A stretch of DNA of 64,000 nucleotides from an uncultured delta proteobacterium (GCA_963778115.1 CAVZSV010000004.1:2112001-2176000); one strand, 5' to 3'; positions 19,399-29,405 are shown, counted from the stretch's first letter. Notes: generated from the sequence alone by a model not told the origin. A program made the numbers and translations.

Positions 19399-19557
19399 TG
19401 AAGACTGAATCTAAAGACCCGCGTGAGCGGGTCTTAATGGCACCGTGGTCTACGCCGATCCCGCGGTGACGGCGGGAATGGTATCTCTGTTAAGTTCAGC
19501 CTACTTGAACCACGCGAAAGTTTGTTATGACCTTCAGACTTTGATGCTCAGCCTTCA
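19399..19557. ncRNA. Candidate structured non-coding RNA of unknown class
   Basis: Ends pair (19399-19409 with 19547-19557); internal 9-bp hairpin AAGACCCGC-GTGA-GCGGGTCTT; further stems CGTGGT/ACCACG, TCCCGC/GCGGGA and GTTCA/TGAAC. Strand ambiguous. Confidence 0.4.
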
Positions 19558-19695
19558 ATAAAAAACTCTCTCGAAGAAACGCCGCGAGAAATGCTAACGT
19601 TTTTCTGACCCCTTTTTTTTTAGAATCTTTTCTAAAAGCGGGTTAGAATAAACCTTCATTTAATTTTTCACCCAAAATCTATCGGAGACTTCGAA

Positions 19696-22600
19696 ATGAA
19701 GACCTGGAGCGCCCAGACCTCTCGCATTTGCCGTAACTACGTTTTCACCGGATCTCTTTCCTTGGCTTTTCTAATAGGAATCGTCGGTTGCGGTAGTAGT
19801 ACGACCGCACCAACCGGAACTAATACGGGTTCCACGGCCAGCGCTTCAGGGCTAGTCCAAAGCTACGTCAGCTTTAGTCACTCGAAGAAAAACGCCAGAA
19901 AGAATCGCCAAGCACATACCTCAAACGATTGTGCGAGTGCAGCTTGCACCACCTTAGTGGTGGGCAGCGGTGGCGGGGGAACTGCCGGCCCCTCTTGTAC
20001 GGTAGACGGCAGCGGAAATTTTACGGTTAGCTCGGTCCCCGTCGGAGAACAGCTAGAAGCCAACTTTGCTTGCACCGGCGGAACGCAAAGTTGCATCGTA
20101 ATGTCGGGCGATAGTGGCGTTACCTGTGATCCGGTTGCTGCTGCGGTTATCCAAGCGTTTCTGAACGTGATGGGCATCAGTAGCTTAGCAGACGCCTCTT
20201 TAGCTCACGCTAACATCGCGCAAATCGCTCATTCTATTGACCAAGCGGCGCAAACCGGAACCACTGCCGCAGAAACCTTTTTGAACGCCATCTCCGCTTG
20301 CTCCTCGACCGCTTGTGATTTGGCGGCAATCAAAGCTTCACCTTTTTATGGACCGTTTCGCTTGATGAAAACGCAGGTGACCGGTTGGGATGTCGAATCG
20401 ATCTACACTCTATTAACTGACGTGATGGGCTACCAAGTTCAGATCGATTCGTTAACCTATACCCCCTTCGGTACGGCGATGGATACCTGGTTAAGCACGA
20501 ACTTCATTGGCCAGACGAAAACGTTTGTGAATGCCATGCTTCGAGATCAGGCGAGTAACGGTAATACCTACGTCACTGAGATCGTCTGTCAAATGCAATA
20601 CAACAAATATATGGGTGGCGGCACGATAACCTACTATCCGACGTTCAGCACGATTGACCCCACGGTTCCCCCGACGTGCGCTTCGGTCGATACCGCGACA
20701 CCTACACCGGATACCTCTACGGCTTTGGCCAGCAACGGATTTAGTCCTTCCCAGGTTACGGCAATCAATAACGCCTATAACAGCGGAAGTGGCGGAGGCA
20801 ATCAAATCGACGTCAGCGTGGGGAGCGTGGGATGTAGCGCCTACCAGAATCCGGCGTTCTTCTGTGTCAATACTCCTCAACTAGTTATTCTGACCAAAGC
20901 TAGCGAGCCGAATCGAAATGATCCTTTAGGAACAAATGATAATAACTTCATTCAATCGACCCAAGTTTCGATGATTGATGTATTCCCCGCCGTACAAACG
21001 GCGTTGATGAATTTGGTGAGTTCCCCTTCCAACGTGGATACGACCGGTGCCAGCACTCTTTCCGGTCACGCCTGTTTGGAAATTTCGGGAGGCGGTAGCC
21101 CCACCGTTTACAACGACACTTATTGCATGAACTGGTTTGGAACTCAGATTGCTCCCTACAAGAACGATTTTGCGGGAGCGATGGGCCTATACATGGCGCT
21201 GAAAAATAATAGCCTTGGCGCCAATAGCCTGATGTCGCTCAACGATCTCTATACGATTTTCCATAGCGCTAACTTTCTAGGAATGAAACTTACCGACCAG
21301 AGCAATTACTCATGGGGTGTCAATTTCACTCCCGCCAGCGGATCTGGAAACTATGGAATGAATTCGCTCTTAAACGATCCGAGCCCCACAAGTAGCTACA
21401 CGGGTGCATTTACTCTGGATCCGTTGTTCTTTAATTCCAACAACGCTACCCCGCTAACGAATGCGCAGGCGGTCACTCTTTATACCAGTGCCGACTATGG
21501 TTATAACGACAGCTTCCAATTATTTGAGACCATTCCTACGGCGAGCACGGTTCATGACTACGTCTTTAAGTCGGCCTACCACGTCGATTACAATCCGACC
21601 GGAGGTTCCACGTACTACGCCTCCGGAGGAACGGCGGCAGCCACGGGAACTTTGGCCTCCGATCCCATTTTTTGCCAAATGACGTTGGCTGGGGCTTTGG
21701 TTGAAGTCGATATGGCGCAAAATCCCGGTGTCACGGTTAAGTGTCGGGATGCCGCCACTCTAGGGGTCCAAGTGAGTACTACTGGAGTGATTACTCCTCC
21801 CGCGGACTTTCAGTATCCCTATGTACTTTCTCAATGGGGTTATCAGGGAGATTCGGCGGGTGCGCTCTTCATGCTAGTCGATTGGCAGACCGGTTTTCAG
21901 ATTCAGCCTAACGGCCACCAGCAGTTTGTCTATCAAAAGAGTGCAGGCAATCCCAACAGTGTCTGCGTGGGTGGGTCGGATACCAACTCGGTGGTGTCCA
22001 CCAATATCTCCATGGGTAACGGTAGCTCAAGTTCGTCCCAGTTAATTACGGCTTACTGCATGGATATGTCGACCTCTCCCACTAACTTCGCTTCGTCTAG
22101 CTATTTGGGATTCTATTTCGCGGGGAACATGCAACTCCCTTCCAGCGATCCTAACTGTCCTGGTTGCAGCATGGGGGTGGGGGTAGTGGGCGGATTGAAC
22201 ACCACCGTTTCGGGAAATTATTCGACTCCTCCCGTCTGCGTATTCGCGCCGAGCACGGCTCTTACTGTCACGAGTAACGTCGCGGTCGCGGGTTCGGGAG
22301 GTGTCGTTATCAATGGCAGTGGGCAAATCACCTCCATCGGTAACTTGCTAGTGGATTATTGCTCCGCAACCCACGACGGGGATACTTCTTATCAGTTAAT
22401 TACCATCCCTGGACCAGCAGCGACGGCGGATACCGATCTTTATGCCGAGCTTCTTCCCTCAGGCGGGACACCGCTACTTTGGGAAGCCATTCCAACGACA
22501 GGTTCGCCCACGGTTAGCGACTATTATTTAACGGTTAATGCGAGCGTTCTCAGTGCGGAGTTTGCCAGTACCAATAGTTCGACCACCACTGTCTATCGGG

Positions 22601-23607
22601 TAGCTCCGCTTACCCCCCCAACCCAGGTGCAGGGAATCACTTTGGCGAATCCCTCTTGGGAACCCAAATTTGATCCCTTCTGCGATAGTCGCGAAGGGGA
22701 CGGACTCTGTCATTGTTTAGATGGAACCACGAGTGCCGCAAAGTCTGGCAGCGCTTGTACCTTGGAAGATACTCCAACGGATTCCACCATGAGCAATCCT
22801 CCCTATAACGTCTTTCCGGGGATGGCCGCTCCTCCAGCGCCGGCGTTCTTTGCTGACTACCAAGGAAAAGCGGGATCTCAGCTCGTCGATCTGGGTGGCA
22901 CGGGGCTTAACTATACGTCCACTAACTGGACAGGGTCCGGTGGGGCCAGCGTTCAGAGCTTGAACATGAACTTTCAACAGGTTTTCGTATGCCAATATTT
23001 AGCCACTTCGGAAACCACTTACCGGTCTCCGCAGATGCTTTCCAACAATTGGAGCCATACGCAGCCCGGCTGTCCTGACTCCACCGGAACGATAGCCGCC
23101 TGGGTAGGTAATAGTGACCAGCCCGGTGCTCCCCCCGGAAGTACTCCTTCTACCGGTGGCGGTCCGATTCGACTCGTCTATCCCGTACCCATGAACAACG
23201 CGTACGCGGTGCTAACGCCGAACGCTGCGGTGAAGGTCATTAACTATGCTACGAAAGATACCGGCCAAGGAGTTACGATTGATCCCACGAAGAAGATCTT
23301 CACCTTCGACACGGGGCTGGCACTCATGGCATTTAGAAACCAATTCCCGCTCACCAACATTACGGTGACGCTTGCCGGAGGAAATACTCCGGTTCCCGGT
23401 CCGCTGGGAGCTTTCCAGCAGGTCCAAAATCCGGCGACCAGTGGGGATAACAACAACGACAATCTGGGTCCCGTGGGTTCGGTGCTGTGCTACTTGGGTA
23501 ATAACGGAAATGCGTGCACAAGCCATCATGGACAACGCCTCTTGGCGTCGTTCAACAAGGGCTTGAGCCACATGACCCATCAGCTTTCGAAAAAGAAGCA
23601 TAAGTAG
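19696..23607 (+). CDS. Very large Cys/Ser/Thr/Gly-rich putative surface lipoprotein, unknown function
   Basis: 1303-aa ORF with GGAG SD; lipobox LIGIVG-C at residue 32; 30 further Cys; few charged residues; no family recognised. Confidence 0.75.
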   Translation: MKTWSAQTSRICRNYVFTGSLSLAFLIGIVGCGSSTTAPTGTNTGSTASASGLVQSYVSFSHSKKNARKNRQAHTSNDCASAACTTLVVGSGGGGTAGPSCTVDGSGNFTVSSVPVGEQLEANFACTGGTQSCIVMSGDSGVTCDPVAAAVIQAFLNVMGISSLADASLAHANIAQIAHSIDQAAQTGTTAAETFLNAISACSSTACDLAAIKASPFYGPFRLMKTQVTGWDVESIYTLLTDVMGYQVQIDSLTYTPFGTAMDTWLSTNFIGQTKTFVNAMLRDQASNGNTYVTEIVCQMQYNKYMGGGTITYYPTFSTIDPTVPPTCASVDTATPTPDTSTALASNGFSPSQVTAINNAYNSGSGGGNQIDVSVGSVGCSAYQNPAFFCVNTPQLVILTKASEPNRNDPLGTNDNNFIQSTQVSMIDVFPAVQTALMNLVSSPSNVDTTGASTLSGHACLEISGGGSPTVYNDTYCMNWFGTQIAPYKNDFAGAMGLYMALKNNSLGANSLMSLNDLYTIFHSANFLGMKLTDQSNYSWGVNFTPASGSGNYGMNSLLNDPSPTSSYTGAFTLDPLFFNSNNATPLTNAQAVTLYTSADYGYNDSFQLFETIPTASTVHDYVFKSAYHVDYNPTGGSTYYASGGTAAATGTLASDPIFCQMTLAGALVEVDMAQNPGVTVKCRDAATLGVQVSTTGVITPPADFQYPYVLSQWGYQGDSAGALFMLVDWQTGFQIQPNGHQQFVYQKSAGNPNSVCVGGSDTNSVVSTNISMGNGSSSSSQLITAYCMDMSTSPTNFASSSYLGFYFAGNMQLPSSDPNCPGCSMGVGVVGGLNTTVSGNYSTPPVCVFAPSTALTVTSNVAVAGSGGVVINGSGQITSIGNLLVDYCSATHDGDTSYQLITIPGPAATADTDLYAELLPSGGTPLLWEAIPTTGSPTVSDYYLTVNASVLSAEFASTNSSTTTVYRVAPLTPPTQVQGITLANPSWEPKFDPFCDSREGDGLCHCLDGTTSAAKSGSACTLEDTPTDSTMSNPPYNVFPGMAAPPAPAFFADYQGKAGSQLVDLGGTGLNYTSTNWTGSGGASVQSLNMNFQQVFVCQYLATSETTYRSPQMLSNNWSHTQPGCPDSTGTIAAWVGNSDQPGAPPGSTPSTGGGPIRLVYPVPMNNAYAVLTPNAAVKVINYATKDTGQGVTIDPTKKIFTFDTGLALMAFRNQFPLTNITVTLAGGNTPVPGPLGAFQQVQNPATSGDNNNDNLGPVGSVLCYLGNNGNACTSHHGQRLLASFNKGLSHMTHQLSKKKHK

Positions 23608-23625
23608 GGAACCAAAGAGTCGGAA

Positions 23626-24675
23626 TTAGAGAATCGCCATTGCGTCACCATAACTAAAGAAGCGGTATTTGGCTTCGATAGCGGTTTGGTAACAGCGCTG
23701 GGCGTTCTCTAGCCCCATCAGGGCGCAGACCAGAATATAGAGGGAAGACTGCGGAAGGTGAAAGTTCGTCACCAGGCCGTCGATCTCGCTAAATTCATAA
23801 CCAGGCTTAATAAAGAGCTGGGTCTCGCCTTTCAGTCCGACCTTCTTCACCGATTCCAGCGCGCGAAGTGATGTCGTTCCCACGGCGATGGTCCGCCCTC
23901 CCTGCTTGCGTCGAGTTTGAATTCGCCCGAAAACCTCCTCGGAAATTTCAAAAAATTCGGAATGCATCTTATGCTCATCGAGATTACTCACTCGGATTGG
24001 CGAGAACGTTCCATACCCCACGTGCAAAGTGAGAGGAGCAATTTCGACCCCTTTGGCTGCTATCTCCTCCAGCAGTGTCCGGGTGAAATGTAATCCCGCC
24101 GTGGGCGCTGCTACCGAACCCAGCGGGTCGGCATAGACGGTCTGGTAGGTCTCTTTATCCCCTTTGGATGCTTCCCGCTTTAGATAGGGGGGAAGCGGAG
24201 GCAAACCTGCCCTTTCTACCCACTCTTCGAAAGTCTGTTTTATCGGTGATGTGGGTAACTTCAAGGCTAGGCGAAAAACTCCCTGTTCTTCGGAATCTCG
24301 ACTCAATTCCCCCGATGCGCCCTCCAGAAAAGCGACTTTCAGTGTGGCTTTTTTCGAATCTACGGGAAGTCGCTTCCCGGGCTTAACTAAACACTGCCAG
24401 TTTAGAAAATCCTCACTAAGGCGTTTTAAAAGAAAGACCTCTAACTTTCGATGGCGATCGTCGACGGCAAAAAGCCGCGCCGGAATCACTTTTGTATTGT
24501 TAATGACTAAAGTGTCCCCTTTCTTGAGTAGTCCTTTCAGGTCAGAGAATTTTCGGTGCTCTAGCTTTCTCGATGACCTGTCGTAATGGAGCAGTCGGGA
24601 AGCGTCGCGCCGAAGTTCGGGAACCTGGGCGATGAGCTCTGGGGGAAGCTGATAATCGAAGTCTTTTACTTTCAC
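23626..24675 (-). CDS. queA: S-adenosylmethionine:tRNA ribosyltransferase-isomerase
   Basis: DFDYQLPPELIAQ, NNTKVIPARL, PLPPY, YQTVYA, GSVAAPTAGLHF, TNFHLP, YRFFSYGDAM. Likely start GTG 24675. Confidence 0.96.
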   Translation of the reverse strand: MKVKDFDYQLPPELIAQVPELRRDASRLLHYDRSSRKLEHRKFSDLKGLLKKGDTLVINNTKVIPARLFAVDDRHRKLEVFLLKRLSEDFLNWQCLVKPGKRLPVDSKKATLKVAFLEGASGELSRDSEEQGVFRLALKLPTSPIKQTFEEWVERAGLPPLPPYLKREASKGDKETYQTVYADPLGSVAAPTAGLHFTRTLLEEIAAKGVEIAPLTLHVGYGTFSPIRVSNLDEHKMHSEFFEISEEVFGRIQTRRKQGGRTIAVGTTSLRALESVKKVGLKGETQLFIKPGYEFSEIDGLVTNFHLPQSSLYILVCALMGLENAQRCYQTAIEAKYRFFSYGDAMAIL

Positions 24676-24730
24676 GCGGTCCTTTCTACGACGATCGGCC
24701 GAAAAATGCCATGCCTGGTACAATAGAAAG

Positions 24731-25789
24731 ATGAAGCCAAAATTGAAGCTTATGACGGGGCTAGTCTTTGCTAGTGCCTTCTCCTTCTTTGTCGCCGAAT
24801 CGATCGTTCGGGCGGGAATTGCCTTACGGGTTTCTACTTTTCGAAATCCCGACCTGTACGCCGATTGGTCCACCGACGATGACTATTGGAAGTTAAGGCA
24901 CCTCTGGGGAAAAAATGTCATGGTGCACGGTGAGCTCTACGATCCCCTATTGGGCTGGGGAATTCCGGTCACGGACAAAAATCCGTTGGGGGCTGTGACG
25001 GACCGTCCTTACGAAGTGGACGCCTATAAGCCCGCGGTACTTTTCGTGGGCGATGCTTTTGTGGAAGGGGTTACGCGAATGGACAAGAGGCTTCCCCAAT
25101 TGGTGGGAAATCAGCTGTCGACACCCGTCTACAACTTGGGAATGTCGGGATATGGCCTGGACCAAATTTTTCTGAAACTTCAGCAGGCCCGCCATAGCGT
25201 AAAAAAGCCGACGGCTGTGGTGGGAGTCGTCTCCATCGATCTCGACAGAACGCTGCAATCGTTTCGCACGGGCCCCAAGCCCTATTTCACTTTGCTAAAC
25301 GATCACTTGATGCTTAAAGGCGTTCCTGTCCCCAGAGATCCACAAACGTGGTTGGAGAAGCATCCGGTAAAGATAGAAAGTTATCTGGGATCTTTGGTAA
25401 TGCGGAAATTGCGTCGCTTTCAGACCTCTAATAGTCTCGAAGAGACTTATGGGAAAGAGGAGAAGAAGGCGCTGAACGCCGCCATTTTAAAGGAACTCAT
25501 CTGTGAATGTCATGATGACGCAACTCCCCTGCTCTTTGTCTTGTTCACCACCAAAGAGGAATTAAATTATGAAGGGTGGAGGGAAAAATTTCTAAAAACC
25601 GAATTGAGACGGTCGCAAATCGATTTTGTAGACGCAAAATACGAGCTCATACATGAAGCGAGAAAAGCTCACAGGAATGTTTATGATTATTTTCTCTCGG
25701 AGGGGCATTTAACCGCTGAAGCGAATTCCCTCATTGCTAATGCCGTCGCTAAACGTTTGAAGGAGATGTCGAACTCAGCCCTCAACTAA
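24731..25789 (+). CDS. Membrane-anchored SGNH/GDSL-like protein, apparently lacking the catalytic Ser
   Basis: N-terminal TM; YDPLLGW; block I VLFVGDAFVEG; block II YNLGMSGYG; block V SEGHLTAEAN. Confidence 0.65.
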   Translation: MKPKLKLMTGLVFASAFSFFVAESIVRAGIALRVSTFRNPDLYADWSTDDDYWKLRHLWGKNVMVHGELYDPLLGWGIPVTDKNPLGAVTDRPYEVDAYKPAVLFVGDAFVEGVTRMDKRLPQLVGNQLSTPVYNLGMSGYGLDQIFLKLQQARHSVKKPTAVVGVVSIDLDRTLQSFRTGPKPYFTLLNDHLMLKGVPVPRDPQTWLEKHPVKIESYLGSLVMRKLRRFQTSNSLEETYGKEEKKALNAAILKELICECHDDATPLLFVLFTTKEELNYEGWREKFLKTELRRSQIDFVDAKYELIHEARKAHRNVYDYFLSEGHLTAEANSLIANAVAKRLKEMSNSALN

Positions 25790-27007
25790 TTTGGATCCCA
25801 TTATTTTTGCATACGGATAGTAGTAATGAAGAATCTCTAGGTAGCTCTTGCCCTGCTGAGCCATGTAGCGAGCCCCCCATTGGCACATTCCCACTCCATG
25901 TCCCGAACCCACTCCGCTAAATTCGATCCCTTCCGAGTTAACTTTCCAATTTAGATAGCCACTCTTGATTCGCGTAAAGCCCAAGGCACTTCGAATCTCG
26001 TTAGTAGTCATCTCTTTGGATTTTCCGTCTGTTCTAATCACCAAAGACTCAAGACGTCCGCTCGCGGCTTTAGCGCCAGCGAAAATTTCAAAACTTCGAA
26101 GAGGATGCAAGTCCAGAGCCGAGAAAAAATCGGTTAGCTTCACCCAGGCGTGCCACACATATGGATGGAGCGAACAAAAAGGGCAGATGACACTATTTAA
26201 TCGCGTTTCATGTTTGGAGTGGTTGCCGTTGCCCCAAACCGAAGAGGGAATCTCGGTCCTGCCTCCACAGCGGGAGTGAAAGTAGGCTTTCATGGGGGCG
26301 TTGCCGTCACTCGCTCCATTACTCAAATAGAGCCCGCGCGTTGCTTCCACCGCTTTTCGAACCGTTTCGGGGACCTCTTTACCGCCCCCGAACACCTGAT
26401 CTTCGACACCGCGATCCATATCGTAAAGAGCATTCTTGGCGTGAGTCATCATGAAAAGAGTGTAACTGCGTGAAGCGACCGCCTGGGCTTTGAGCGCTTC
26501 GGCGTTCCAACCTGGCAGCATCTCGGAGGCGACCGTACTTGCTAGATACTTTTCCAGGGGAAGTTCGTTGGTGACGACGAGTCCTTGATTTTGCAGACTA
26601 ATTCGAACTACCCCTTCGAATAACTCCGCTTCGAACCCCAAACGGCCCGAATCTCGCGAGGGGCGGATCGTAACCCAAACGCTGCTCTGGCGAAAACCGT
26701 TTACGAACAAATGGTTTTCTCGCCGCTCGATAAGAAGTGAGCGGGTTGCCATCCAATTCGGGGTCTTACTAAGACGATAGAAAATTTCGGGTGAGGTCGA
26801 ATAGACTTTAGCCACGGAGAGCCCCTTGGCTAGGAGGACTCGGACGGGTGTGCTAAAATTTAATAGATGACGGTTCTCCTGAGGGGCTTCGGTCAAAGGG
26901 CTAGGGGCACCCCTGGTGTCAGGGCTTATTCCCTCAATACTCATAAATAGACAGATCGCCGCAGCTAAAATCCCTGTTTTTTTCAAAGGTTCCGTTTTGG
27001 TTATCAT
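25775..27007 (-). CDS. SpoIID/LytB domain peptidoglycan lytic enzyme
   Basis: LEKYLASTVASEM, EALKAQAVASRSY, DQVFGG, YFHSRCGGRT, GSGHGVGMCQWGA, ILHYYYP. Likely start ATG 27007. Confidence 0.9.
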   Translation of the reverse strand: MITKTEPLKKTGILAAAICLFMSIEGISPDTRGAPSPLTEAPQENRHLLNFSTPVRVLLAKGLSVAKVYSTSPEIFYRLSKTPNWMATRSLLIERRENHLFVNGFRQSSVWVTIRPSRDSGRLGFEAELFEGVVRISLQNQGLVVTNELPLEKYLASTVASEMLPGWNAEALKAQAVASRSYTLFMMTHAKNALYDMDRGVEDQVFGGGKEVPETVRKAVEATRGLYLSNGASDGNAPMKAYFHSRCGGRTEIPSSVWGNGNHSKHETRLNSVICPFCSLHPYVWHAWVKLTDFFSALDLHPLRSFEIFAGAKAASGRLESLVIRTDGKSKEMTTNEIRSALGFTRIKSGYLNWKVNSEGIEFSGVGSGHGVGMCQWGARYMAQQGKSYLEILHYYYPYAKIMGSKLVEG

Positions 27008-27145
27008 CTTTATCCGAAAGCTCGTGGAGAAAGCAGGTAACGTCCGAGCGAACGTCAACCATCGCTTCGTTTCCTATTAAATGAAGGGGAATTGTTTTCG
27101 AGTGATTCGGGTCTAACTGGCTGCGGGTCGTATTTCTATTCTATC

Positions 27146-27970
27146 ATGGAAAATCTCATTCATACTTTCGTCGTTAAGCGCCATCATCTTTCCCGTTTGC
27201 TTTGTGCGACTACTTTGCTGTTTTGCTGGACCTCTTTACTAAGCGCAAGCTCCCCCGAAGGACCCACGGGAAATGAAGCAGCTAGCGGTCCGGTTAAAGT
27301 ATTTATCGACATGGGCCATGGCGGCAAAGATCACGGAGCCCAAGGAATGTTGGGTCTTCAAGAGAGTGACCTCGCTCTGCGTGTAGGAAAGCTAGTGCGA
27401 TCAGAACTACAGGCCACCGCCAAATGGCGTCACATTCCGCTCGACGTCAAAGTGAGTCGCGAGTCGGATGTCTTTTTAGCTCTTAAAGAACGTGCTGAAA
27501 TGGCAAATCATTGGGGAGCGGACGTCTTTGTCAGTGTCCACGCTAACTCCGCCGAGCGGCCATTGGCCCATGGATTTGAAGTCTACTTCCTAAGTCCCGA
27601 AGCCACCGACGATGAAGCCAGCACTCTAGCAACCCTCGAGAATGCCAAAGAAGAGCCGCTGACTTCAGGAGTCCTGTCGATTCTTTCCGACGTGCAGACA
27701 ACGTACCGCATCGAGGAGAGTGATAAGTTTGCTCAAAAGGTTTTTACAAGCATGGCTAAAGGATTAAAGCCCAACGTCCGTGGGGTTCGCCAAGCCCCCT
27801 TTACCGTCCTCTCCGGAACCGTGATGCCGGCCCTATTAGTGGAGATAGGTTATCTCAATCACCCCGAGGACGCGCGTCATCTGGTGCGTATCAGCTACTT
27901 AAAGAAGTTGGCTAATGCGGTTAGCTCTGGAATTATCGACTTCATTTTGGAAAGTAGGAAAATTATTTGA
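27146..27970 (+). CDS. N-acetylmuramoyl-L-alanine amidase (Amidase_3)
   Basis: [44 protein letters not shown]; signal-like N-terminus. Start uncertain (27092 or 27146). Confidence 0.9.
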   Translation: MENLIHTFVVKRHHLSRLLCATTLLFCWTSLLSASSPEGPTGNEAASGPVKVFIDMGHGGKDHGAQGMLGLQESDLALRVGKLVRSELQATAKWRHIPLDVKVSRESDVFLALKERAEMANHWGADVFVSVHANSAERPLAHGFEVYFLSPEATDDEASTLATLENAKEEPLTSGVLSILSDVQTTYRIEESDKFAQKVFTSMAKGLKPNVRGVRQAPFTVLSGTVMPALLVEIGYLNHPEDARHLVRISYLKKLANAVSSGIIDFILESRKII

Positions 27971-28681
27971 GCTCGAGATTTGACGGCCGTAAACCCGACG
28001 AACTTCGCCCCATCAAGATAACCCCCCACTATCTTTCCCATCCTGCGGGTTCTTGCCTTATCGAAATGGGAAACACCCGAGTGATATGCTCAGCGATGTT
28101 AGAAGAGACCGTTCCTCCTTTTATGAAAGGTAGCGGCAAAGGGTGGCTTACTGCGGAGTATTCGATGTTACCCGCGTCTTCTTCCCAACGCGTGGGTCGG
28201 GAGAGAACCAAAGTCGGCGGTAGGACGCACGAAATTCAAAGGCTTATCGGTCGTAGTCTTAGAACCTGCGTGGATTCTTTCTCTCTTCGGTGAGCGTTCG
28301 GTTCTTATCGACTGCGATGTGATAGACGCGGACGGCGGTACTCGAACGGCAGCCATCACAGGAAGTTTCGTGGCCGTCTCGTTAGCCCTCAAGAAGTTAG
28401 CCGGCAGAGTCCCTGGCCTTGCGGACGCCGTTCGCTGTGGAGTAGCCGCGGTTTCCGTGGGCATGGTAAACGGAACTCCCTGTTTGGATTTAAACTATGA
28501 AGAAGACAAATCGGCCGAAGTGGATATGAATGTAGTTAAGACTTCCCAAGATCAATTCGTCGAGGTTCAAGGAACGGCCGAGGGTAAACCCTTCGATCAG
28601 CAATCGCTGGATTCGCTTCTGCTATTGGCTCACAAGGGAATCAAAGAGCTTCTAACGGCCCAAGAAAGAGTGCTCAAGTGA
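27967..28681 (+). pseudogene. rph: Ribonuclease PH split by a single +1 frame disruption (pseudogene, sequencing error or recoding)
   Basis: First frame gives [11 protein letters not shown]...[11 protein letters not shown]...[11 protein letters not shown], stopping at 28293. The +1 frame continues [25 protein letters not shown]...VEVQGTAE. Removing one base at about 28275-28290 gives a 237-aa protein. Confidence 0.9.
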
Positions 28682-29295
28682 AGCTTTTAATCGCTTCGGG
28701 AAACGCTGGAAAAGTAGTCGAGTTTAGAGCGCTTCTTGCTAAGGATGTTGCTAGGGACTTAGAGTTAGTCGGAATTGGCGATCCGTCACTAAACAAAATA
28801 AAGCCCCCTGATGTCCCCGAAAACGGGGATACCTATTTCGAAAACGCTCTTATCAAAGCGGTTAAATACCACGCTCTCTACCGGCTTCCGGTGCTTGCGG
28901 ACGATAGTGGACTTGAGGTCGATGCTTTGGGGGGCCGGCCTGGCGTCCATTCAGCAATCTACGGAGGCTCTGGTCTCGATTTTCCCCAAAGATGCCAAAA
29001 AATCTTGGAGGAATTAAAGCCCCATTCCCCGCTTCGTTGGACCGCGAGGTTTCGGTGTGTGCTCTGTTATTGGGAAGGCCATAACGGGGTTCCTCTCTTC
29101 TTTCAGGGAACCACCGAGGGAAAAATCGCTCCGGCGCCTGCCGGGAAAAACGGATTCGGGTACGACCCCATCTTTTATTCGACCGAGTTGGGGTTAACTT
29201 TTGGCGAAGCCGACACCGCGACCAAGGACCGGATTAGCCACCGGGCGGAGGCGGTTAGGTCATTTCTGAAGTGGTGGGAGCTTGACCGCACCTAA
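28678..29295 (+). CDS. rdgB: Non-canonical purine NTP pyrophosphatase (HAM1/RdgB)
   Basis: ASGNAGKVVEF, ENALIKA, ADDSGLEVDALGGRPGVHSA, GFGYDPIF, SHR; follows rph. Confidence 0.95.
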   Translation: MKLLIASGNAGKVVEFRALLAKDVARDLELVGIGDPSLNKIKPPDVPENGDTYFENALIKAVKYHALYRLPVLADDSGLEVDALGGRPGVHSAIYGGSGLDFPQRCQKILEELKPHSPLRWTARFRCVLCYWEGHNGVPLFFQGTTEGKIAPAPAGKNGFGYDPIFYSTELGLTFGEADTATKDRISHRAEAVRSFLKWWELDRT

Positions 29296-29310
29296 CTCGT
29301 TGGGTACCTT
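29282..29310 (+). promoter_or_regulatory. Sigma-70 promoter for tRNA-Phe
   Basis: TTGACC-17 nt-TACCTT, ending 21 nt before the tRNA. Confidence 0.55.
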
Positions 29311-29331
29311 CAGTTGCTATTTATTGCCGAA

Positions 29332-29404
29332 GCCCAGGTAGCTCAGTCGGTAGAGCAGAGGATTGAAAATCCTCGTGTGGGGGGTTCGATTCCCTCCCTG
29401 GGCA
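29332..29404 (+). tRNA. tRNA-Phe(GAA); CCA not encoded
   Basis: GCCCAGGTAGCTCAGTCGGTAGAGCAGAGGATTGAAAATCCTCGTGTGGGGGGTTCGATTCCCTCCCTGGGCA folds as a cloverleaf with anticodon GAA. Confidence 0.95.
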
Positions 29405-29405
29405 T

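Noticed and set aside
19399..19557. SAM-I, TPP or c-di-GMP-I riboswitch, HDV-like ribozyme or retron ncRNA
   Set aside because: Only isolated words match (ACGGTGCCA, GAGATACC, TCTAAA). Required cores (GCAAC and kink-turn; CUGAGA/CCUGA; GGCAAA/GCAAA) are missing, HDV P1 does not pair, and no reverse transcriptase is nearby.
19696..23607. Multiheme cytochrome
   Set aside because: No CxxCH motif; PNCPGCS and GLCHC do not qualify.
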